Shown here: positions 9,901 through 18,100 of the stretch, piece after piece
Numbering within the stretch: the first letter of the stretch is position 1
How the letters are laid out: each line of letters begins with the position of its first letter
Origin: Parafrankia elaeagni
GTDB taxonomy: Bacteria; Actinomycetota; Actinomycetes; Frankiales; Frankiaceae
Assembly (NCBI RefSeq): GCF_000374165.1
Contig: NZ_KB893672.1
Coordinates: 115,002-179,001 of the forward strand
Reading direction: 5' to 3'
DNA length: 64,000 nt
Made by a program: the position numbers and the translations under genes
Notes under the pieces: model-generated
Told to the model about the DNA's origin: nothing
The model's database searches: none
What the model saw: the letters and a program-made list of their open reading frames with translations, nothing else

Positions 9901-11654
9901 ATCGCGAACGCGCCCGATCCGAGGGCCGGCTCGCAGATGGTCATCTTCAGGATGTCCGCGGCTCGGGTGGTAGTGCCGTCCTGGTCGAGCAGTTCCTCCA
10001 GCGCGTGGTGGACGACGGAGCGGGTGAGGACCTCTGGCGTGTAGTACGACGCAGACTGCTGCCGCTCCCGCCCGGCGAGGCGGTAGACGAACGACCCTCG
10101 GGGGTGCAGCCGCGGCTTCGGTTCGCCGGTGTTCTCGTCGCGGTCGAGGACGAACGAGTCGGCGGGCACGTCGTTGACGCGCTCGGCGGGCAGCAGCCAG
10201 GTGCCGCCGGAGGGGTCGCCGCCCTTCGCGACCTCGTACAGGTCGGTGTCGGCGATGATTCCCGACCAGGACATCAGCCCCTCGTAGACGGCGCCGAGCT
10301 GGTTGATGCCGAGTTCGCCGTAGGAGATGAACCCGCGGTCGCTGCCCTTCTTCACTTTCGTCAGCAGCAGGTGGCGCAGCACCCGCTGCAGTGCCTCGTT
10401 GCCCAGGCCCACCTCGTCGATGAGGGCCGTGGCATCCGCGGCGAACAGGTCGGAGCGCAGCGGCTGGAACACCAGCCCGTCCCCGGCCGGCGCCCCTGAC
10501 TCCGCGTCCGCGGTCTCGTCCGCAGCTGTGGTGTGGCCCTTGTCGACGAGGACGAACAGCTTGTGCAGTGACTCGTACAGGTGCCGGCCGCGGCGGGCCC
10601 GGTCCGACGACAGGTCGGTGAGGATCAGGTCCCGCAGCCGGTCCAGCCCGTAGCCGGCCTGGTACTCCGGTGCCTGGACGGGCAGCACCTCCAGCTGCGG
10701 CGACGCCTCCGCGTACAGCAGGAACAGGATCCGGTAGAGGAACCGCAGCGACTGCCGGGTCAGATCACGGCCCAGGTTCGGGACGTCGATGACGTCCAGC
10801 CCGGCCGCCTGCCGCCGCGCCACCACCTCGTTCGCGATGATCTCCACCGACAGGCGGACGCCCTCGCGCAGGTCCGCGGAGACGCCGACGGTGTGCTGCA
10901 CCGACTTCTCCAGCAGGCCCAGCCACGGGGCCACCCCGTCGTCGGCGGGCAGCAGCAGGTCCGGCCCGGCCATCGCGGCGACGTGCTCCAGCTCGCCGGC
11001 CGCCCGGACGTCGCGGCGGTCGACGACGACACCCAGGTCGACGGCGAGCCAGCGTCCCTCCGGCCACCGGCTGCGCTCGGCGAGCAGCACCCACCTGCCC
11101 GCCTGTACCAGCACGAACGGCGGGGCGTCGTCGGTCAGGAAGACGCTGGAGACGGCCTTCGCGACGGAGGCCTGCGGCTTGCCGTCGACGACCGCCGGGT
11201 CGAGGAGCTGCCCGATCCGCGGGCCGGCCGCGTCCGGCGTGGTCAGGATGTCCTCGACCGCCCCGGCGGGGGTTGCTTCCAGGATGAGCAGTGCCGTCCC
11301 GGTGGGGGAGGGGTGCACCGCCGCGGCGGGCAGCCGCACCTCGTCCCCGGAACGGTCCGACACCCAGGGCGTCGGCTCCCGGTCGAGCCGCAGCGCCCGG
11401 CGTACCTCCCGGTGCACCTCGCGGACGTCCTCGTCGGACGGCTGCTCGCCCAGCCCGCCGAACAGCCGGGCCAGCGGGGTGGCCGCGTCGCGCAGCGCCG
11501 AGCGGGCGGTGAGGTGGCCCTCGTCCTCCTCGGCCTTCCAGCGGGTGCGCAGGGCCAGCACCTCGGCGAGGAAGCTGCCGGTGCGGGCGTCCGAGGTCAG
11601 GTAGTGCTCGGAGATCCACGACTCGCCGACGATCACCGCGTCGAAGCTGGGCAT
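6945..11654 (-). CDS. Large N6-adenine DNA methyltransferase (type IIG / PglX / DrmMI-like), 1569 aa.
   Basis: Catalytic motif IV 'VGNPPWVRPDWDE' (NPPW). Size and architecture fit BREX PglX and DISARM DrmMI. The stop overlaps the helicase start (ATGA) and the start overlaps the SNF2 stop (TGATG). An internal low-GC patch at about 7.76–8.56 kb falls in the C-terminal, putative target-recognition part. Confidence 0.85.
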   Translation of the reverse strand: MPSFDAVIVGESWISEHYLTSDARTGSFLAEVLALRTRWKAEEDEGHLTARSALRDAATPLARLFGGLGEQPSDEDVREVHREVRRALRLDREPTPWVSDRSGDEVRLPAAAVHPSPTGTALLILEATPAGAVEDILTTPDAAGPRIGQLLDPAVVDGKPQASVAKAVSSVFLTDDAPPFVLVQAGRWVLLAERSRWPEGRWLAVDLGVVVDRRDVRAAGELEHVAAMAGPDLLLPADDGVAPWLGLLEKSVQHTVGVSADLREGVRLSVEIIANEVVARRQAAGLDVIDVPNLGRDLTRQSLRFLYRILFLLYAEASPQLEVLPVQAPEYQAGYGLDRLRDLILTDLSSDRARRGRHLYESLHKLFVLVDKGHTTAADETADAESGAPAGDGLVFQPLRSDLFAADATALIDEVGLGNEALQRVLRHLLLTKVKKGSDRGFISYGELGINQLGAVYEGLMSWSGIIADTDLYEVAKGGDPSGGTWLLPAERVNDVPADSFVLDRDENTGEPKPRLHPRGSFVYRLAGRERQQSASYYTPEVLTRSVVHHALEELLDQDGTTTRAADILKMTICEPALGSGAFAIEAVRQLAAAYLARAQDERDERIPAEQYPAELQRVKAYLALHQVYGVDLNATAVELAEVSLWLDTMQAGLAAPWFGLHLRRGNSLIGARRAVYAPALLKKKEWLTTVPTDVPLHDPALPDDSVPPVGAGIHHFLLPAAGWGAVVDTAEAKTYAPEARERLRAWRAGVLRTPGKEQQNRLARLAQRVEVLWELSRRRLQIAEAGIRRTTPVWGADGSAEPSTEPVTREQVEKVLNDPNSAYRRLRRAMDAWCALWSWPVTTEIPAPDLDAWLTGLEALLGKATKPGRNEKNGQSAFADDLSWAGLDDAEELDRTFAAARPVDEALHDIPWLRVAEEISDRQGFFHWELDFPQVFTHGGFDLQVGNPPWVRPDWDEAGVLAEHDPWWCLVPTAAEQEKTERRKRTFHLPAAETWYIDQRAEQAGLNAHLGSPIERPLLHGLQPDLYRCFMDRTWKSMNPRGITSLIHPESHFTETRAASLRLATYRQLRRHWQYRNERKLFPEIQHTRTFGTHVYGSPRDVTFLHASWLYEPQVIDRSLSHDSSGPQPGVRDEHGDWDTRPHQARITKVDRKALQTWADLLDEPGTSYEQARMLFPVNTSSAAVLAKLANAPRLGRLEISWTAGWHESADRQRGWFERRPSIPATWSNTILQGPHISVATPLFQQPTEISVKRQDIESINLEKISENFVPRTTYQRSKPAPEYHAAYPQWNGRPSSDSFRLAWRRMTDPATVRSLHAALIPPGPSHVNTVLTLSIPDPVDLIMAVGTWCSLTTDFFVKCAGSEVNQGLIRRFPHVRGHALEADLVLRTLRLNCLVRPYAPLWAELWDPAWREDRWVPGVGVAYRERAEIGEVSAEWEWGTPLRRAADRRQALVEIDAIVAVMLGLTADELVTVYRTQFPVLQDYERKARYDSFGRQLPADLAKQLDKATAAGERVHTLNGPDRNYAGPFSGVNRETDLRIAHEHFSRLTAEREAKKAQAEAHGQLPG

Positions 11655-14600
11655 CAGACGTTCCCCCCGTCGCTTTCGCTGCCGGAACCGCTGGTGGCCG
11701 CCGGGATCACGACGGCGGGGATCACGACGGCGAGCGGGCGCAGCAGCCGCTGGCTGGCGCGCAGCGAGCGCGCGATCTCCTCCTCGAGGCTGACCTGCTT
11801 CGACAGGCGGCGAACCTTCGCCAGCCCCGGCCCGGTCATGTCGAGTTCGAGCCGGGCGGCCTGCTCCCGCCAGCGGGTCCGCCGGTTCGACCAGCCGGCC
11901 AGCCGCCGTTCCAGGTCGGAGTGCTGGATGTCCTCGGCCATGTCGAGGGTGCGGGCCGCCGCGTCGATCGCGGCCGGCACCAGCGCGCGCAGCTCGTCGC
12001 TGACCGCCGCCGGGCCCGGGTTCACCGCCGGTTCCCGCTCGCCGGGCCCGGGGATCAGCCCGGTGCCCGCGAACAGCTCCAGTCCCTCGACGACCTGCGC
12101 GAGCGGCAGGTCGGCCCGGCCGGTCGGGAACTCGACGGCGACCATCTGGCGGGTCACGACCTGGCCGCGCCGGTTCATCAGCGTCGCGATCACCAGCACC
12201 CGCGGGGCGTCCACCGGCCCGCGCACCAGCGGCACCTCGTTGCGGCCGCCGGCCGCGAGCACCTTGTCCGCGGCCCAGTCGAGCACCGGGTGCAGGGGGG
12301 AGAGGAAATGAGCCTCCGGCCAGGTGGACGGGGTGGGCGCGGCGACCTCGCGGGCCTTCGCGGGACGTCCCGCGCGCTTCGCCGGGGTGAGACCCTTCGG
12401 CCCGCTCGCGGTCACCAGGGCCGACTGGGCCGGGGCGCCGCCGGCCTGCCCCTCGCGGGCCGCGCGTAGGCCGTCCAGCGCGACCGACGGGGTGACGGCG
12501 AGCAGCAGCTGCTCCCGGATCCCGCGCTCCGCGACGTACGACGCCGGCAGCGCGTCGAGGCGCACCCGCAGGTCGCGCGGCGGGCGCAGCGCGATCAGGC
12601 TCTTGTCCCGGAAGACCTTCCAGCCGACACCGCCGCGGGCCGGGTCCTTGTCGTCCGGCGCTCGGGTGGGATCGTCGTACACCTCGGCGACCGCGTCGGC
12701 GAGGAAATCGGCGTCGGTGGGGTACAGCGACTCACGCGGGCGGTCCGGGGGAACGGGCGGCAGGTCGTCACCGGCGGCGGCGAAATCCTCGTCGAAGAAG
12801 GAGTCGAAGAAGTCGTCGGCTCCGTGCCCCGCACCGGGGTCGGGCACGACCTCGTCCAGGTTCTGCCCGCGGGCGAGCGCGTCCCGGATCGCGTCTTCCT
12901 CGCCGCTCGCCGAATGCAGGTGCATCAGCGTCGCCGCGTCGCCCAGCGTCGTGTGGGCGAGGTGTTCCTTGGCCAGCAGGCGCTGCAACACCCGGATATC
13001 GCCGCTGAACCGGTCGTCGGAGGGCACCAGCGCCAGCGCCGTGATCCGCGGCGGGTGCTTCTGCCCGTACCGGTCGATCCGCCCGTTGCGCTGCTCGATC
13101 CTGATCAACGACCAGGGGATGTCGACGTGGATCAGGTGGTGGCACTGTGCGTGCAGGTTGACGCCCTCGCTGGCGACGTCCCCGGTGATCAGCAGCCGGA
13201 CGGGGCTCGCCGTCGTCTTGAAGTCGTCGACGATGCGCTCCTGCTCGACGTCCGGCAGGCCGCCGTGCATGACGGCGATCTGGTTGCGGGCGAGGCCCAG
13301 GAGGTCGGGCAGCTCGCGGGCGAGCCAGCGCAGGGTGGCGACCCGCTCGGCGAACAGCACCGCGCGGGTCGTCGAGCGGGCGCCGACACCGATGGTGCGC
13401 AGGTACTCGGCGAGCGCGGTGAGCTTGGCGCTCTCCCCGGCCAGGGCCAGCTCGGTGAGGTCGCGCAGCCGCTCGAGGGCCTGCCGTTCCGGCTCGTGAT
13501 CGCCGCCGCGCTGGGCGCCGCCGCCCTGGGCGGTGAGCCGCTTGAGGCGGGCCTCGGTGGTCTCCAGCAGCGCGGCGGGGGAGGAGAGGAACGCCTTCGC
13601 CAACGTCCACGGGAACAGCGCCGACCCGCGGCCCGCGACCGGGGACGGGCCGTCCTGCGGGTACAGCCAGGTCCGGGAGATCTCCGTGGCGATCGCGTCC
13701 TCCGCCGGCGAGGCGGCCACCGGGATCACCTCGGGCTCGGGGCGCAGCGCCCAGTCGGCGCCGACTTCCGCGGCGACCTCGGGGGAGTGGCGGTGCCGGC
13801 GGATGAACAGCCGCTCCACATCCGCGACGTCGTACTCGCCGTCCGGGCCGACGGCCGTCGGGTCGAGCAGCCGCAGCAGCTCCGCGAACGACTCCTTCTT
13901 CCCGTTGTGCGGTGTCGCCGACGCCAGGACCAGCGCCTCCGTGTTCGGCGCGAGAACCCGCGCGAGCTCGTTGTTCAGCGTGCCGGTGTTCGTCAGGTTG
14001 TGCGACTCGTCGATGACAACGACATCCCACCGGTGCCGTTCCAGAAAAGATCGGTACCGCGGCGATTTCAACGTGTCGATCGAGACGATGATGCGGCGGT
14101 AGAACGTGAACGGGTTCCGGCTCGCCGGCAGGTTCTGCCGCACCCGCTGCAGCCCGTCGCTGTCGAGCCGGACGAGCGGCAGCCCGAACCGGCACCACAG
14201 TTCGTGCTGCATCTGCTCCAGGACGTGCCGGGGCGTCACCACCAGCACCCGGTCGGCCCGCCCGCGCCGGGTCAGCTCCGCGAGGAGCATCCCGATCTCC
14301 AGGGTCTTGCCGAGGCCGACGGCGTCCGCGATGAGCACCCGGGGCCGCAGGTTCGCCGGGGACAGCGCGTGGGCGACCGCCCGTCGCTGGTAGTCGAGCC
14401 GGTCGACCAGCATCCCGTCGGCCACGGTCAGCGAGGTCTCGCCGGCCGGCATCGGCGTCCGGCGCAGGGTGGCCTCCAGCCACAGCCGGGTGCGCCGGTG
14501 CCGCGGGGAGCCGTCCGGGAGCAGCTCCGCCTCGCGGGGGTCCAGCAGCTCGATGTGGTCGAGCCCGCTGAAGAAGGTCGCCGTGGTCTCCCGCACGAGC

Positions 14601-14713
14601 TCACCGAGGCCGACCACCTCCAGCCGCCAGCCGTCCGTGCCCTGCTCGGCCCCTGTGACCAGCCACTCCTCGTCCCGGACCACCACGATCGAACCCGGCG
14701 CGAACGTCGTCAC
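11654..14713 (-). CDS. SNF2-family helicase/ATPase (DrmD-like).
   Basis: Motif I 'ADAVGLGKTLEIGML'; motif II 'VVIDESHNL'; 'LASATPHNG'; C-terminal helicase motifs. A GTG at 14713 is preceded by GAGGAG; the ORF track extends to 14755, so the alternative is a longer N-terminus. Confidence 0.85.
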   Translation of the reverse strand: MTTFAPGSIVVVRDEEWLVTGAEQGTDGWRLEVVGLGELVRETTATFFSGLDHIELLDPREAELLPDGSPRHRRTRLWLEATLRRTPMPAGETSLTVADGMLVDRLDYQRRAVAHALSPANLRPRVLIADAVGLGKTLEIGMLLAELTRRGRADRVLVVTPRHVLEQMQHELWCRFGLPLVRLDSDGLQRVRQNLPASRNPFTFYRRIIVSIDTLKSPRYRSFLERHRWDVVVIDESHNLTNTGTLNNELARVLAPNTEALVLASATPHNGKKESFAELLRLLDPTAVGPDGEYDVADVERLFIRRHRHSPEVAAEVGADWALRPEPEVIPVAASPAEDAIATEISRTWLYPQDGPSPVAGRGSALFPWTLAKAFLSSPAALLETTEARLKRLTAQGGGAQRGGDHEPERQALERLRDLTELALAGESAKLTALAEYLRTIGVGARSTTRAVLFAERVATLRWLARELPDLLGLARNQIAVMHGGLPDVEQERIVDDFKTTASPVRLLITGDVASEGVNLHAQCHHLIHVDIPWSLIRIEQRNGRIDRYGQKHPPRITALALVPSDDRFSGDIRVLQRLLAKEHLAHTTLGDAATLMHLHSASGEEDAIRDALARGQNLDEVVPDPGAGHGADDFFDSFFDEDFAAAGDDLPPVPPDRPRESLYPTDADFLADAVAEVYDDPTRAPDDKDPARGGVGWKVFRDKSLIALRPPRDLRVRLDALPASYVAERGIREQLLLAVTPSVALDGLRAAREGQAGGAPAQSALVTASGPKGLTPAKRAGRPAKAREVAAPTPSTWPEAHFLSPLHPVLDWAADKVLAAGGRNEVPLVRGPVDAPRVLVIATLMNRRGQVVTRQMVAVEFPTGRADLPLAQVVEGLELFAGTGLIPGPGEREPAVNPGPAAVSDELRALVPAAIDAAARTLDMAEDIQHSDLERRLAGWSNRRTRWREQAARLELDMTGPGLAKVRRLSKQVSLEEEIARSLRASQRLLRPLAVVIPAVVIPAATSGSGSESDGGNV

Positions 14714-15117
14714 GTAGCTCCTCGCCCCCCGATCCCCCATGCGCGAACGGCACAAGGGCGAGAAGTCACCCTATAGAGCCATCTATTTGCGCGAGTCGGG
14801 CCTGCCGATGGGGTGCGGAGAGCGACGGGGGCGGTCGGGTGAGGTCGCGGGCCGCCGGTGCATAGGCGCCGCATAGGCGCATAGCGGTCTGGGGCCCCTT
14901 CGTCGCACTCTGTGTGGGAGGTGGCATAAGGTGCCCGAAGGTGGGCGTACGCGGCAGCGCGTACGGGAGTGCCGATGGTGGGGGAGACGGTTCGGGCGGC
15001 AACGCCCTGCGCGTCGCCACGGCAGGCTGCATCCCACGACGAGGGGCACCGCGTCACCCCCGTGCCTGCCCCGAGGCCGCGGCACGCGGCGTCGGGTGGA
15101 GTGAGGGGGCGGGCGCG

Positions 15118-18100
15118 ATGGGGGCGAAGATCGTCGTCCATGGTCCGTGGAGCGGGCCGGGCGAGGAGAAGACCGCGGTCTACCTGCGCGATCATCTGGA
15201 CGAGCGGTGGACGGTCGTCTGCGGCCGCCAGCTCGTCGCCGGCTCGGGTACCCGTGACTCCGACTTCATCGTGGTCGGGCCGAACAGCGTCACCGTCATC
15301 GAGGAGAAGTCCTGGCGGGTCGACCTGATCGGCACCGAGGAGCGCTGGTACGAGCGCAGGACCATGGAGGAGCGGGGCAACCCGATCAACCAGGCCGTCG
15401 GTGTCGCCCGGATCCTCGCCGGCAACCTCACCCGCTATGACCGGCAGCTCGCCTCCGCGCTCAGGAGCGCCGCGCCGCCTGGCCAGAAGCAGCTGCACCT
15501 CGTCCACTCGCTGGTCGTGATGTCCTCACCCGAGGTCACCTTCCAGATCGAGGACCCGCGGGCGTCGAGCCAGGTCGTGCGGCTCGACGGCTGCGAGAAG
15601 CGCCTGCGCGAGATCGACCGCTCGGTCGCGGCGCACTTCGACCTGGCCCCGTTCCGCGAGGCGGTCCTGTCCGTCGTCACCGGTCTGCGGCCGCGGCCGG
15701 AGCTGCCGAAGATGCTCGGCGCCTACGAGATCGTCGGCAACCTCGAGCCGACCCCGCGGGGCCCCCGCTACGTCGGCAGGCATCCGGACGGCTCGGTGCG
15801 GGTGCTGCTCACCTACGAGCGCCAGGGCCTCACCGAGGCCGAGCTCAAGGCGAGCGACGAGCTGATCCTGCGCGAGTACGAAGCGATGCGGCGCCTCGCC
15901 CACCTGCATCGGGTCTTCCCCGTCGACCCGTACTTCGGCGTCCACGACGACCAGATGTGGGTCGCTCCGATGCGTCCGCCGGGCCCGAGCCAGAAGACGC
16001 TGCGTTATCTGATCCGGGCCGGGCGGCAGCCGTCGGCCGCCACCTTCGCCACCATCGCCGCGGACGCGTTCGCCGGGCTCGCCGACATCCACGCGGCGGG
16101 CATCACCCACCGGGCGCTGAACCCGAGCCGGATCCTGGTGACCCCGGAGACCAGCCGGGTCGTGTTCTCCGACTTCCTGATCGCGAAGATCGCGGACGAG
16201 CGCACGGTGATCGACGCGGACGACGTCGACCACGACGGCGGGCCGTTCCGGGCCCCGGAATGCCGACGCACCGCGCACCTGGCCATCCACCCGTCGGACG
16301 TCTACTCGCTGGCGCTGTGCCTGCTCGGCTGGTGGGAGCTGCGCCAGTCCGACCCGCCGCGCGAGCCGCAGGCGCCGCCGTCCCTGCCGGACCGGGTCCG
16401 CGCGGCGCTGAACGAGTGCTTCGCCGCGCTGCCGCAGGACCGCCCGTCGGCCCGCGAGGTGGCGGACCTGCTGGCCGCGCACCTGGCCGAGGAGCGCAAG
16501 CGCCTGGTGCGCCCCGCGCCGGGCGTGAAGATCGGCAAGTACGAGCTGGTGCGCCAGCTCGGTGACGGTGCCACCGCCACCACCTGGCTCATGCTCGACC
16601 GCGCGTTCGACGTCCACCACACGCTCAAGATCATGAAGTCGGCCGAGCTGGTGGACAACCTGCGCGGCGAGTTCGTCCTGCTGCACAAGCTCAAGCACGA
16701 CCGGATCGTCCGGGTGCACGACTACCTGCTCGAACCGCCCGGCCCGGCACTGATCTCCGAGTACGTCGAGGGCCGCACCGTCGCCCAGCTCGCGCCCCGG
16801 CTGCGCGGCAGCCTCGGCGCCGCCCGCCGGATCCTCGCCGACATCCTCGACGCGCTCGCGTATGCCCACCACCGTGATGTGCTGCACCGCGACCTGTCCC
16901 CGAACAACATCATCGTCGACGCGGACGACCGGGCGACCCTGATCGACTTCGGGGTGGCCTCCCGCGCGGAGGGCGAGGCGCACAGCCTGGTCGGCACGCT
17001 GCCCTACCAGGCGCCGGAGATCGCGGCGGACGGCGCCTGGTCGCCGGCGGCGGACCTGTACTCGCTGGCCGTGCTGGTCTTCGAGGCGCTCGTCGGCCGC
17101 CTGCCCTACGCGGTCGACGGAGCGCAGCGCAACAAGTACCTTCTCGTCGCCCCGTCGCCGGAGGAGATCGCGGCGGCGGGCACCGCCGGCACCATGTTCC
17201 TGGACGTCCTGGCCCGCGCCAGCCACCCGGACCCGGCGACCCGCTTCCCCTCCGCGGCAGCGTTCCGGGACGCCGTCGAGGCCGCGTTCGAACCGCCGCC
17301 CCTGCCGCCCCCGCAGGCGCTGCCGTTCCCGCCGGCCCTGTCGTTCCCGCCGGCCCCGCCGTCGACGCCGGCCGGGGCGGCCCTGCCAGCGGAGAGCGCG
17401 GAGACCGTACGGCTGGCCGTCCCCGCGCAGACCGACGCGGAGGCGCCGTCGTCCGCGGCTACGACAGCACCGGCAGCAGTGACAGCACCGGCAGCAGTGA
17501 CAGCACCGGCAGTGGTGGCGGTGCCGGCAGTGGTGGCGGTGCCGGCAGCGGCGGTGCGACCGACGGCGGTGGGGACGCCCGCCGACCAGGCGCAGCGTGA
17601 GCTGGTCGTCAACCCGGCCGTCGACGAGATCCGGCAGCTGTTCCGCAACAGCAGACTCGGCAACCGGGGCAACCGGGGACTGGACTCCGAGTTCGCCGAC
17701 CAGACCTACATCCCGACCCGTCTCGACGACAGGCTGATGCCGCGGATCATCGACCATCGGCCCCGGCTCGTCGTCTTCAGCGGGAACCCGGGTGACGGGA
17801 AGACTGCATTCTTGGAACGGCTCGGTGTCGAGCTGCGGCGCCGCGGCGCGCGCGTCCTGGAGAGCGACGCGGCCGGCTGGCGGATGACGCTCGACGGGCA
17901 CGAGTTCGCCTCGGTCTACGACGCCAGCGAGTCGCACGAGGGCATCTCGGCGGACCAGCTGCTGCGCCGTGCGCTCGACCCGCTCAACGACCAGGCCAGG
18001 GACGGTCGCTACACCGCGCTGCTGGCCGCGAACGACGGCCGCCTGCTCGACTTCTTCGACCGCGAGGCCCACCGTTACCCGCGGATCACGCAGGTGCTCG

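Noticed and set aside
12768-14776. 571-aa and 650-aa ORFs overlapping the SNF2 gene.
   Set aside because: Alternative-frame and antisense artefacts. The SNF2 frame carries all the helicase motifs.
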